Source: Octopus bimaculoides (lineage: Eukaryota). Taken from it: a stretch of 33,838 bases of DNA. Below the pieces are notes generated by a model. It ran no database searches, was not told the origin of the DNA, and saw only the letters and a list, made by a program, of their open reading frames with translations. Below, one piece after another: positions 21,398 to 33,135 of this stretch (positions are counted from its first letter, which is position 1; each line of letters starts with the position of its first letter). The stretch covers positions 53,714,193 through 53,748,030 of the forward strand of contig NC_068989.1 of assembly GCF_001194135.2 (NCBI RefSeq), given 5' to 3'. Position numbers and translations under genes: made by a program.

Positions 21398-21579
21398 ATC
21401 TGCTTCAATGTTTGACGAAAAAATATCCTGTTGAAAATATTTATAACTGCACAGGCTTTACGTAAACGCTTCATAAGTACGAGCTTAATCATGAATAAGT
21501 GAATAATCTAACTGAAATTACGTAAATTCCTAAATTTAAATCTATAAATATTCAGTTCTATAACCGATATCATTGCACA

Positions 21580-21765
21580 AAACATTCACATATATACATA
21601 TTTATATATACTTATATATACACACATACACGTATCATTTATATATACATACACACACGCGTACGTATACTAACATGCACATTGACATACACAAATTTAG
21701 TTATATATATACATATATATTACAATTTTCATATATATACACACATGTATCTATTTATGTTAAAG
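21580..21765. repeat. Degenerate TA/CA-rich low-complexity tract
   Basis: Direct reading. Confidence 0.85.
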
Positions 21766-22189
21766 CATTACATTATATGTTAATTCAAATTTAAATGTTA
21801 CGAATATGACTATTAGAATGCAGGGGAGATAAATATTTTTCCATTTATAGAAATAAAACGAAAAACAAAACAAACTCGATACGGTCGACGAAAAATCCAT
21901 TTAAATATATACCTACAACAAAAGCAAAGCAATACACTACAGACGAAATGTCCCACATACTAACAACGAGCCAAAACAACAAATCAAATTAAATAAGATA
22001 AATAAGTTATATCTACATATATACCCTGTTATTCATTTACTCACATACATATACATATCGATACTTAGAAACCAAACGAAAAACGAAACCAAATCTATAC
22101 GGTCATAGAAAAATAAATTCTATACATACATCAAAATCCAAATAATATCAATATAAAACAATTTATTGCTTTAGTTTCCATCTACCACA

Positions 22190-22213
22190 CACACTGACAT
22201 ATATACATATATA

Positions 22214-22249
<36 letters not shown>

Positions 22250-22400
22250 TGCACACATATACACAACTTTACATAAATGCATCAATGCACATATGTATGC
22301 ATCAATGCATGTATTTATGTCAAACAATATACATATATATATTTATATACACAAACATATATATACATATACACATATACAAACATATATACATATATGC
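22190..22400. repeat. (TA)n with degenerate TA/CA flanks
   Basis: Direct reading. Confidence 0.9.
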
Positions 22401-22499
22401 ACATTTAAATATTGTAAATGAGATAAATAAGCTGTATCCTCATATATACCATATTATTCATTCACTCCCACAGATATACATATCGATACATATAAACAA

Positions 22500-23385
22500 A
22501 CCGTATGTGATTCTAGTATTTCCGCTTCTTTTGGCCTAAAGTATCGTTGTTGTGACTTCTGAGTACCATTTAGCTGGTAGCGGAGGGCTTGGAATTTGCC
22601 TGCATTAAATTGCATGTTGTTGTCCTCAGCACATTTATATACGGCATCTACGTCTTCCTGTAGAAGATTAGCATCAGAAGGTTCCTTGACTGCTGTACTA
22701 CTTTTGTGTTGTCGGCATAGCTAGTATGTGATGGCGTGTTTGAAATAGCCACCATGAAAAGTAGTAGCCCCAATACAGTTCCCCGAGATACTCCACTTTC
22801 TATTAATGTCTCCGTGGAGAGGGCTCCGTTGGTTGCTACAGCCTCACTTATGTCCTTTAAGAAGTCATGCAACTAATCTCTAATTTCCGCAGTTAGGCTT
22901 AGTCTCCGTAGTTTGCGACATATCGTCTCATGATCAACCTTATCAAAGGCCTTTGCAAAGTCAAGATATATCACATCTACATTTTGCGATTCATTAATTG
23001 TTTCAACACCTAGTCATAGTGTTGCAAAAGCTGTGTAAGTCAACTTCTTCCTGAGCGAAAGCCATGCTGGGTGTCAGGAAGCCAGTCATTATCTTCAAGA
23101 AACGCAATTAGTTTCTTCCTGACAATGCCCTCCATGGGAAGTTAGAGAGACAAGGTCTAAAATTCTTAGCGTCTGCTCTGCAACTTCCCTTATAGATAGG
23201 AAATATAATGCTTTCCTTTAACTTTTCGGGAAGTTTCGCTGTTGTGAGGAAGCTCTGAAAGAAAATCCGAAGTGGTCTAGTAAGAGACCTTTTGCATTTC
23301 TTTTGGAGGATTGCTGCGAATCCGTAAGGGCCTGTTGCTGAGTTTGAGCTCATCTCATCAAATGCTGATATCACATCATCAGAAA
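22500..23385 (-). mobile_element. CR1-group LINE RT fragment, truncated at both ends
   Basis: DDVISAFDEMSSNSATGPYGF..KNFRP; VDVIYLDFAKAFDKVDH; SGVSRGTVLGLLLF; SYADNT. Confidence 0.9.
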
Positions 23386-23396
23386 ACTGATGTGAT

Positions 23397-23574
23397 ATTT
23401 ATATATATGTACACACACACACACACACAAACACACACATACACACACATACACACACATACATATGTAAGTATGTATGTATACAAATATATATGTATAT
23501 ATATATCATATATATTTATGTATATATGTATATATATATTCATAAATTTATATGTATGTATGTATGTATATATA
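23397..23574. repeat. Compound (TA)/(CA) microsatellite running into an N-gap
   Basis: Direct reading. Confidence 0.93.
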
Positions 23575-24519
23575 NNNNNNNNNNNNNNNNNNNNNNNNNN
23601 NNNNNNNNNNNNNNNNNNNNNNNNNNNNNNNNNNNNNNNNNNNNNNNNNNNNNNNNNNNNNNNNNNNNNNNNNNNNNNNNNNNNNNNNNNNNNNNNNNNN
23701 NNNNNNNNNNNNNNNNNNNNNNNNNNNNNNNNNNNNNNNNNNNNNNNNNNNNNNNNNNNNNNNNNNNNNNNNNNNNNNNNNNNNNNNNNNNNNNNNNNNN
23801 NNNNNNNNNNNNNNNNNNNNNNNNNNNNNNNNNNNNNNNNNNNNNNNNNNNNNNNNNNNNNNNNNNNNNNNNNNNNNNNNNNNNNNNNNNNNNNNNNNNN
23901 NNNNNNNNNNNNNNNNNNNNNNNNNNNNNNNNNNNNNNNNNNNNNNNNNNNNNNNNNNNNNNNNNNNNNNNNNNNNNNNNNNNNNNNNNNNNNNNNNNNN
24001 NNNNNNNNNNNNNNNNNNNNNNNNNNNNNNNNNNNNNNNNNNNNNNNNNNNNNNNNNNNNNNNNNNNNNNNNNNNNNNNNNNNNNNNNNNNNNNNNNNNN
24101 NNNNNNNNNNNNNNNNNNNNNNNNNNNNNNNNNNNNNNNNNNNNNNNNNNNNNNNNNNNNNNNNNNNNNNNNNNNNNNNNNNNNNNNNNNNNNNNNNNNN
24201 NNNNNNNNNNNNNNNNNNNNNNNNNNNNNNNNNNNNNNNNNNNNNNNNNNNNNNNNNNNNNNNNNNNNNNNNNNNNNNNNNNNNNNNNNNNNNNNNNNNN
24301 NNNNNNNNNNNNNNNNNNNNNNNNNNNNNNNNNNNNNNNNNNNNNNNNNNNNNNNNNNNNNNNNNNNNNNNNNNNNNNNNNNNNNNNNNNNNNNNNNNAT
24401 ACATGTGATTTATATGTGAATTTATATATGCATAGAGACATGTGTATGCACATGTCTGTACGTAAACATTTCGTGATCCACAGATAAATATAAGGCGTGG
24501 CGTGAGATAGTTAAATTGT

Positions 24520-24533
24520 TAGATAGATAGACG

Positions 24534-24582
<49 letters not shown>

Positions 24583-24583
24583 T

Positions 24584-24648
<65 letters not shown>

Positions 24649-24657
24649 CGGTCGATC

Positions 24658-24691
<34 letters not shown>

Positions 24692-24720
24692 AGATAGATC
24701 GATGGATGGATAGACAGATA
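24520..24720. repeat. (GATA)n microsatellite
   Basis: Direct reading. Confidence 0.97.
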
Positions 24721-24949
24721 AAGTGAGAGAGAGTGAGAGTGAGATAGAGAGTTAGAGTGAGAGAGTGAAATTGTGTGATAGACGAAAAGAAAAAGAAAGA
24801 GAGAGGACTGTCGATTCATTTGGTGAGTGGGTCATGTTGTTCACTGAGAGACCAGTGTGCTATCTTTCCCAGGCAGGTTTCAGTTCCCTTCTTCAGCTGC
24901 TTTTATTAATCTTTTGTTTATTAGGGATTATCTGATCCTATTTCTTAAC

Positions 24950-25340
24950 CATCCGCCACTGTCACCACCGCCACCACCACCATCATCATCTTAACCACCC
25001 CCACGCCGCACCCACCACTACCGCCACCGCCGCCACCACCACCAGCCTGCCAAACCCGCTGCTTCCATCACTACCATCACCAATACGGCCATAGCCATTC
25101 CTACGACCACAGCTGCTCCTACAACCACTAAGACTTTCGCCACTACCAGGACCACAACGTCCTCCTCAAGCCTCAGCACGACCACCACTACAACAAATAC
25201 CATTACATCCACCACCACGATCAATAGCATACTATTAATGTAATCACTGAGTTCACCACCGATACTATATTTCGCTAAGCGCACCTTACCGCCATCACCA
25301 TCGCTAACCCCAATTCCTTCATAACCTTCATCAACACTAC
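24950..25340. repeat. Degenerate (ACC/CCA/CAT)n trinucleotide low-complexity tract
   Basis: Direct reading. Confidence 0.85.
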
Positions 25341-25664
25341 TAAGTTATCCCTTAGATACCTTTCAGGGATGAGTCCTTTCTACTGCAAATGTAAGCGTTA
25401 GGTCTACAATATAAGACTAACGTTCTGTCTGTATCCCATCAATCAGGGAGGCCCGGTTACAAATCCATGAGTTCTGTCCTTCCCTGCCACGGTGAGGTCA
25501 TTGAACGTTACACATTTCTCATCAGCCGTAATTTGCAGCGACATCAAGTATAGAATCTAGACAGGGAAAAAAATGCTGACTGTATTTAGTACAGAGCATC
25601 TGAAAACAATATGCGCATGCGTGTATGTATGTATATAGGTATGTAAGTATGTGTGTCTATATGT

Positions 25665-25698
<34 letters not shown>

Positions 25699-26153
25699 NN
25701 NNNNNNNNNNNNNNNNNNNNNNNNNNNNNNNNNNNNNNNNNNNNNNNNNNNNNNNNNNNNNNNNNNNNNNNNNNNNNNNNNNNNNNNNNNNNNNNNNNNN
25801 NNNNNNNNNNNNNNNNNNNNNNNNNNNNNNNNNNNNNNNNNNNNNNNNNNNNNNNNNNNNNNNNNNNNNNNNNNNNNNNNNNNNNNNNNNNNNNNNNNNN
25901 NNNNNNNNNNNNNNNNNNNNNNNNNNNNNNNNNNNNNNNNNNNNNNNNNNNNNNNNNNNNNNNNNNNNNNNNNNNNNNNNNNNNNNNNNNNNNNNNNNNN
26001 NNNNNNNNNNNNNNNNNNNNNNNNNNNNNNNNNNNNNNNNNNNNNNNNNNNNNNNNNNNNNNNNNNNNNNNNNNNNNNNNNNNNNNNNNNNNNNNNNNNN
26101 NNNNNNNNNNNNNNNNNNNNNNNNNNNNNNNNNNNNNNNNNNNNNNNNNNNNN

Positions 26154-26206
<53 letters not shown>

Positions 26207-27092
26207 CACACATATATATATATATACACATACACACACATACACACAACATACATACACATGCATACACACACATACATAGACATATAATATGAAATGA
26301 TGTGAAATGAGAATTAATATAATGTATCGTCAATAGATTTAAGAGAAGTTTCACAGAGGAAAGCATAAACCAATATCAAACCAATATCTCTCCATATAAA
26401 GATACAATAACAGACAAGTTAGAAGCTATCTGTACTGAAGGAAGATTTTAGACAATACTAAAAATGCAAACCAAAAAACAAATACATTTAAAAATAAAAA
26501 TAATAAAATTAGTCGATCTCTATTACAGGAAAAATATGAACAAGAAAATTCTGCTTGGTTACTATCAATTAGAACTGGACAGAGACAAAATGAGCTATTG
26601 TGAAAGCAAACAAAGACTCAAAAGCTCCTGGCTAAAGACAGAAGCATTTTGGACTGACTTAAGATGAATAAGATTGATGACAATCCACCTAAAAAAAGAA
26701 AACATTATCAACATAAAATTTAAAAACAAGAGGCAAACATCACTTGTATACCATACAATGAATATAACCTTACCACGTCATGTCCAGCTGTCTAGTTGCA
26801 AAAATCAGAATATATCTGTAGATTGTAGAAGTAGCTACTGGAGAATGTACGGACTGTTTTTTTCAACACAACTTAAAAATATGGTATAAGCACGGATGCT
26901 CAACCTCGTTATCTCACAATAAAAAAGTCTAAGAAACTCTGGGAGCACGTTGGTTAGGGACTGTTAATGAGGTGAGATCGAACTCATTTGTATATCATAA
27001 TTAATAACAAGAAAACAAGAAAGCAAAACATATCCACTGTGCTAGCGTACACACGCCAACATACATACAGTCGCGCGCGCGCATACCCCCCC

Positions 27093-27134
<42 letters not shown>

Positions 27135-27749
27135 CATGCATACATGCATACATATATACAGATATATTTACAGATAAACATGATTAAAATTCATAAACGG
27201 CAAAACAGGACCCACAACTTTATTCCACTGATTAGTTCCGTAGATCAAGCAATAGATTTGACGAAACAGTGAACGAAGGAAGAAATGGAAGAAAGATNNN
27301 NNNNNNNNNNNNNNNNNNNNNNNNNNNNNNNNNNNNNNNNNNNNNNNNNNNNNNNNNNNNNNNNNNNNNNNNNNNNNNNNNNNNNNNNNNNNNNNNNNNN
27401 NNNNNNNNNNNNNNNNNNNNNNNNNNNNNNNNNNNNNNNNNNNNNNNNNNNNNNNNNNNNNNNNNNNNNNNNNNNNNNNNNNNNNNNNNNNNNNNNNNNN
27501 NNNNNNNNNNNNNNNNNNNNNNNNNNNNNNNNNNNNNNNNNNNNNNNNNNNNNNNNNNNNNNNNNNNNNNNNNNNNNNNNNNNNNNNNNNNNNNNNNNNN
27601 NNNNNNNNNNNNNNNNNNNNNNNNNNNNNNNNNNNNNNNNNNNNNNNNNNNNNNNNNNNNNNNNNNNNNNNNNNNNNNNNNNNNNNNNNNNNNNNNNNNN
27701 NNNNNNNNNNNNNNNNNNNNNNNNNNNNNNNNNNNNNNNNNNNNNNNNN

Positions 27750-27781
<32 letters not shown>

Positions 27782-27851
27782 ATAAAAGAATACACACACA
27801 CACACATACACACAAAGGCAGAAAAAAGATTATTTTCGAGCAAATTCTTAC

Positions 27852-27994
27852 GTTTGCTCAAGTTTTGGGATAGTAGCATCCGTCAAGGGCTCCTCTACTG
27901 TATCGAATTGCAGATGATCTGTAGCCAAGACCTGCAGAACTCGAGGGAAAGCTGTCTCATAGGCATGTGTCCCACAGGCTAGCAGTGTAAATAT
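27852..27994 (-). CDS. Candidate internal coding exon of an unidentified host gene
   Basis: 143 nt, phase 0 to 2: IFTLLACGTHAYETAFPRVLQVLATDHLQFDTVEEPLTDATIPKLEQ. Good donor AAC/GTAAGA, weak acceptor, locally higher GC. Confidence 0.25.
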
Positions 27995-28291
27995 CTACTC
28001 TGATGTTAGGTAAACCATTCTCTCTAACTAAGAATTATATAAGCCATCCACCTGAAGGTTAATCTCAGCGAAGCATAAATATATCGACAAAATGTAAAGG
28101 GAAACCACGACTAGAAAAATCATAAATGTTTATATTTTGATGTGCGGATCTATGATCACCGATGCCTATAGGCATGACACACGAATGCATATACTCGCTC
28201 TCACTTGCAAACTCACGCACCGAAATATGTATGCATATAATGTATGCCTGCGTGTACGTGTATGTGTTTCGTTGCATTATTTATCCAGTCT

Positions 28292-28505
28292 AAGGCGGCG
28301 AACTGGCAGAATTGTTAGCCCGCCGGACGAAATGCTTAGCAGTATTTCACTCGTCGCTATGTTCAGAGATCAAATTCCGTCGATGTCGACTTTACCTTTT
28401 ATCCTTACGGGGTCGATAAATTAAGTACCATTCACGTACTGGGGTCGATATGATCGACTTATCCTCTCCTCACAAATTCCAGGTCTTGTGCCTATAGTAG
28501 GAAGG
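28292..28505 (+). mobile_element. Full-length SINE family A with 16-bp TSD (1 mismatch)
   Basis: ATTATTTATCCAGTCT at 28276-28291 versus ATTATTTATCTAGTCT at 28506-28521. Confidence 0.93.
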
Positions 28506-29252
28506 ATTATTTATCTAGTCTTATTCCATTCCGCTCCTTTCCAATTCTTGAATGCAAGTTAAACCTCATTCATTCACCTAACTATTGGTTAAAAACTGAA
28601 ATTACAAGAACTATGAGTAACTGATGCAAAATACGTGAACGGAGTTTGAATGGAAGTAATAAACCTGGGTGTCAGAAATTTGCAATAGGTTAACATTGCG
28701 GGTCGCAAGTTAGAAAGTCTTCAAGGTTTCAGGAACTCATAAAGTTGTATAAAAGCCAAGGCTAGCGGGAAGGTTGCCCATCAATCATTTCCATTGCAAA
28801 GGTTTTTGTTTTCAAGATACATATCATAGGTGATTCACAAAGGAGTCTGTAAGACATTTCATCCAGCCCCACGCATGAAGGTATGTTTTACTTCGTAAAG
28901 TATTGTAGGCAACCTGGAGGAAGACTTTCACAAATTTGTAGGTTGATCATTCTGCCAAACACTGCGGGGCGTGGAATCACTGCTGTAGGAAATATTGTCA
29001 GCAGGGGAATATATTCCATCATTGAAGCCGCGGAGAAAGTAAGTTGACTTTCGATAAAGAGACAATGCTGTAACTCGTTGTAATTAGGATACAAGCCGAA
29101 GCTTGATCGACCCCAACTGGGTTTAAAGGAGTTCGATGTTCAAAGTTTCAAACTCCCATTCAAACCAATCAATATCAATGATGATGCTTATCGCTTCGTA
29201 TGAACATCCCTGAGATTTATCTTCAGTGTATGTATCTGTATAGTATATAAGT

Positions 29253-29433
29253 AAACGGGTATTAAGCTGGTAGAATCCTTAGTACGCCGAACGAAAGACT
29301 TAGCAGTATTTCATCCGTTAATAGGTTCTGAGTTCAAATTTCGCTGAGGTCGACTTAACATTTCATCATATCGGGGTTGATAAAGTAAGTAGCAATTAAG
29401 CATTGGGGTCGATGTGATCGACTTAACTACTCC
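29253..29433 (+). mobile_element. SINE family A, 3' tail missing
   Basis: agctggtagaatccttagtacgccg..ttctgagttcaaattt..ggggtcgatgtgatcgac. Confidence 0.88.
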
Positions 29434-29819
29434 TGGGTACAAGTATAAATACTGCACCATTCTGTCAAACCATGTTGATCTAGTTTAGCAAGGTAGGCTC
29501 ATCAAAACAATATGACCGCAAGCGCAAATTCACGGCCTCCACATTGGACCATGGTTAGTGGAGAGAACACGCTGAGTTTTTCGTCCTGCAGTGGACTGTC
29601 TAATCCGATCCAAACTTTCTACATGTACAGAAGCATAACTATTTCATCACATAACTGCAACCTATAGAAATATTTCATTTTCAAATTCATGTATTATAAT
29701 CACATGATATTTATAACATATATTTTTAGAAATTCCATTCATAAATAAGCATCCCTCCCTTTTTGGTATTCAGTTTATCAAGAATATTTTATGCCATTGC
29801 TTAACTCCTATGGACCGAC

Positions 29820-29978
29820 AAGCACACACACATAAACACACACACACACACACACGCACACATACACACATACGATATGCATATGCGCACATACATGTAT
29901 ATGTACATAAATATATCCATATATCCATGTATGTATGTATGCATGGATGGAAAGATGGCTGGATGGCTGGATGGGTGT

Positions 29979-30054
<76 letters not shown>

Positions 30055-30209
30055 NNNNNNNNNNATAATATATATACACACACATATATATATAAATATA
30101 TATAAATATACATATATATATATATATATATAGTTTTTTATTATTATAGTTTCAGCTTAGAGCTGCGGCCATATACACACACACATCTACATACAAACAT
30201 ATACACACA

Positions 30210-30277
<68 letters not shown>

Positions 30278-30298
30278 GAGAGAGAGAGAGAGAAAGAG

Positions 30299-30334
<36 letters not shown>

Positions 30335-30335
30335 T
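29820..30335. repeat. Compound microsatellite block: (CA), (TA), (CT), (AG), (GATA)
   Basis: Direct reading. Confidence 0.93.
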
Positions 30336-31434
30336 GGTAAGTATATATTAAAACGACTGATACTTTCCTTGCCGTTGTGACATAACCTCATCAATTCATA
30401 TTTCCAGAAGGGCCACCCTCACACGCACACTCACTCACATATACATACATCTACACACGTAAAAAGAATATCCTGTATAAATATATGGAATAACATATGT
30501 ATATGCACATAAAGAGGCACGGTTGGTGAGTATTTCAAACAAAATATAATCTGACATTTAGGGATCATTTATATGACAGCTATAGATATTATCGACGAAT
30601 TTAGGCTGGGAGAGAAGGTGGTGATGGCGTAGATGAGTGTGGAGAATTTCGAGAGGAGGTTAACGGTAGCGGCGGTGATGGTGGTGGTGATGATAACTAT
30701 GGTGGTGATGNNNNNNNNNNNNNNNNNNNNNNNNNNNNNNNNNNNNNNNNNNNNNNNNNNNNNNNNNNNNNNNNNNNNNNNNNNNNNNNNNNNNNNNNNN
30801 NNNNNNNNNNNNNNNNNNNNNNNNNNNNNNNNNNNNNNNNNNNNNNNNNNNNNNNNNNNNNNNNNNNNNNNNNNNNNNNNNNNNNNNNNNNNNNNNNNNN
30901 NNNNNNNNNNNNNNNNNNNNNNNNNNNNNNNNNNNNNNNNNNNNNNNNNNNNNNNNNNNNNNNNNNNNNNNNNNNNNNNNNNNNNNNNNNNNNNNNNNNN
31001 NNNNNNNNNNNNNNNNNNNNNNNNNNNNNNNNNNNNNNNNNNNNNNNNNNNNNNNNNNNNNNNNNNNNNNNNNNNNNNNNNNNNNNNNNNNNNNNNNNNN
31101 NNNNNNNNNNNNNNNNNNNNNNNNNNNNNNNNNNNNNNNNNNNNNNNNNNNNNNNNNNNNNNNNNNNNNNNNNNNNNNNNNNNNNNNNNNNNNNNNNNNN
31201 NNNNNNNNNNNNNNNNNNNNNNNNNNNNNNNNNNNNNNNNNNNNNNNNNNNNNNNNNNNNNNNNNNNNNNNNNNNNNNNNNNNNNNNNNNNNNNNNNNNN
31301 NNNNNNNNNNNNNNNNNNNNNNNNNNNNNNNNNNNNNNNNNNNNNNNNNNNNNNNNNNNNNNNNNNNNNNNNNNNNNNNNNNNNNNNNNNNNNNNNNNNN
31401 NNNNNNNNNNNNNNNNNNNGTCATTGATGGTTAT

Positions 31435-31654
31435 GCTGGCTGTTGTAGAAACCTTGCCTGATGATCGTGGACAAATGCTGAGCAGTTTTTCAGCAGGCTT
31501 CACGTTCTGAGTTCAAAATTCCTCCAAGGTTGACTTTGCCTTTTATCCTTTCAGGGTCGATAAAATAAGTACCAGTTGAACACTGGGGTCGATGTAATCG
31601 ACTTACCCCCGCCTCGAAATTGCTAAACATGTGCCAAAACTTTAAGCCAATATT
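31435..31654 (+). mobile_element. SINE family A
   Basis: cacgttctgagttcaaaattcc..ctttgccttttatcctttcagggtcgataaaataagtaccagttgaacactggggtcgatgtaatcgac. Confidence 0.9.
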
Positions 31655-31659
31655 GATGG

Positions 31660-32150
31660 GTTTGTAGGTGGTGATGAAGATGATGATGTTGTTGCCTATG
31701 GATGTGAATTATAGAGAGCCATATGTGTAATGGCACTGATGATAGTGAAGGGAGACAAGAAAACTTAAAATTGTCGAAGATAGGGAAAACAAACTGCTTC
31801 CCATCATCGTCATGATCGTTAAAAATCACCATCGTCGCAATCGCCATCATGTTTGCCATCGTCATCATCCTCATCATCAACTTCACTGACAACATTATTA
31901 TCATCGTTATCAACATCAATAGCCTCTTCCAACAGTAGTAACAAGCACACAACAACAAAAATTGCAACGCCGAGAAAAGAAACGATTATACTAATAACTC
32001 CAAGATAATTATAATGACTTGGATTGCACAGTCTGAGAATGACCAATGACGATGATGTCGATGCTGCTGATGCTACTGAGCTGGTGAAGATGATAATAAA
32101 GATGATGATGATGACGACGACGACGATGTTGATCATGATGATGATGATCT
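31660..32150. repeat. Degenerate (GAT/CAT)n low-complexity region
   Basis: Direct reading. Confidence 0.8.
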
Positions 32151-32162
32151 TTTCTACTAAAG

Positions 32163-32382
32163 TAATCCTTTCTACTATAGGCAGAAGGATTGAAATTTTG
32201 GGAGAAAGAGATTAGTCGATAACATCCACCCCAGTGCTTCACTGATACTTAATTTGTCAACTCCGAATGGATGAAAGGCAAAGTCGAACTCGGCAGAATT
32301 TGAACTCAGAACTTGAAGACGGACGAAATGATACTAAGTATTTTGTCTGGTGTGCTAACGATTCTGCCAGCTCGCCGCCTTA
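32163..32382 (-). mobile_element. Full-length SINE family A
   Basis: Reverse complement begins taaggcggcgagctggcagaatcgttagcacacc and ends ctgcctatagtagaaaggattact. Confidence 0.92.
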
Positions 32383-32383
32383 C

Positions 32384-32510
<127 letters not shown>

Positions 32511-32884
32511 ATGCCCAGATGCAATACCAGGCATTGGCTCTCATGGCTTCTGATCTTAATTGATTGGAAGTGTTACCATATACATTGTTTTGTTTTGGTA
32601 TAAAAGATGGGCTACAGCAAATATTCTGCTTAATACCACAGATTTGCTTGTCAGTTGTTTGACCTTAACCAGTTGAGCATGTCCCTTGGTGGCTGACGAT
32701 ATGTGCATCTCTGATCATGAGCAGAAGTAGTGGGGGGGGGGTATCATAGCCATATGTTGAGAGGAAATCTTTGGGGTTTCGATAATTCACCTTTGGAAAT
32801 GTGGGTGGTCATGATGGGTATAGTGGGCTTTGTATATTTTACCCCAGTGTCATTTTGATGGCATGCACTGTTCTCTCACTCAAA
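32511..32884. mobile_element. Unclassified non-coding interspersed element between two (TAA)n arrays
   Basis: 374 bp of complex sequence with no A/B box or convincing ORF, bounded by (TAA)n on both sides. It resembles a repeat I recall from octopus scaffolds (unverified). Confidence 0.55.
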
Positions 32885-32894
32885 GATGATGATG

Positions 32895-32991
<97 letters not shown>

Positions 32992-33018
32992 TAATAATAA
33001 TATCAATAATAATAATAA
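32885..33018. repeat. (GAT)4 grading into a (TAA)n array
   Basis: Direct reading. Confidence 0.97.
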
Positions 33019-33052
33019 ACACATGACCATATATACACGCACACTTTACTTC

Positions 33053-33076
33053 ACACGATTTTGCCAGCTCGCCGCC

Positions 33077-33077
<1 letters not shown>
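33053..33077 (-). mobile_element. SINE family A 5' head fragment
   Basis: gattttgccagctcgccgcctta matches 32360-32382. Confidence 0.75.

Positions 33078-33134
<57 letters not shown>
33078..33134. repeat. (TAA)n array at the 5' junction of a Dong/R4 LINE
   Basis: Direct reading. Confidence 0.98.

Positions 33135-33135
<1 letters not shown>

Noticed and set aside
21856-22115. Diverged ~40-bp direct repeat about 218 bp apart (aaacgaaaaac...atacggtc..gaaaaat)
   Set aside because: Only two copies, A-rich, and similarity does not extend to a full period.
25018-25284. Val-rich ORF and its Thr-rich, mucin-like antisense frame
   Set aside because: Expected translation of a decayed (ACC)n tract; no splice or start context.
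26350-26930. Possible very decayed PLE linker (ITCIPY...KYGIST)
   Set aside because: Only two short motif-like words and no catalytic motif; cannot be supported without a profile search.
28830-29204. Three adjacent exon-like segments (28830-28880, 28909/28942-29038, 29088-29204) with good GTATGT and GTAAGT donors
   Set aside because: Phases are incompatible (0 to 2, then 0 to 1), so they cannot form one reading frame. At most one is real, and none is recognisable.
31623-32242. ORFs rich in Met/Ile/Asp/His runs
   Set aside because: Translations of degenerate GAT/CAT trinucleotide tracts and SINE sequence.
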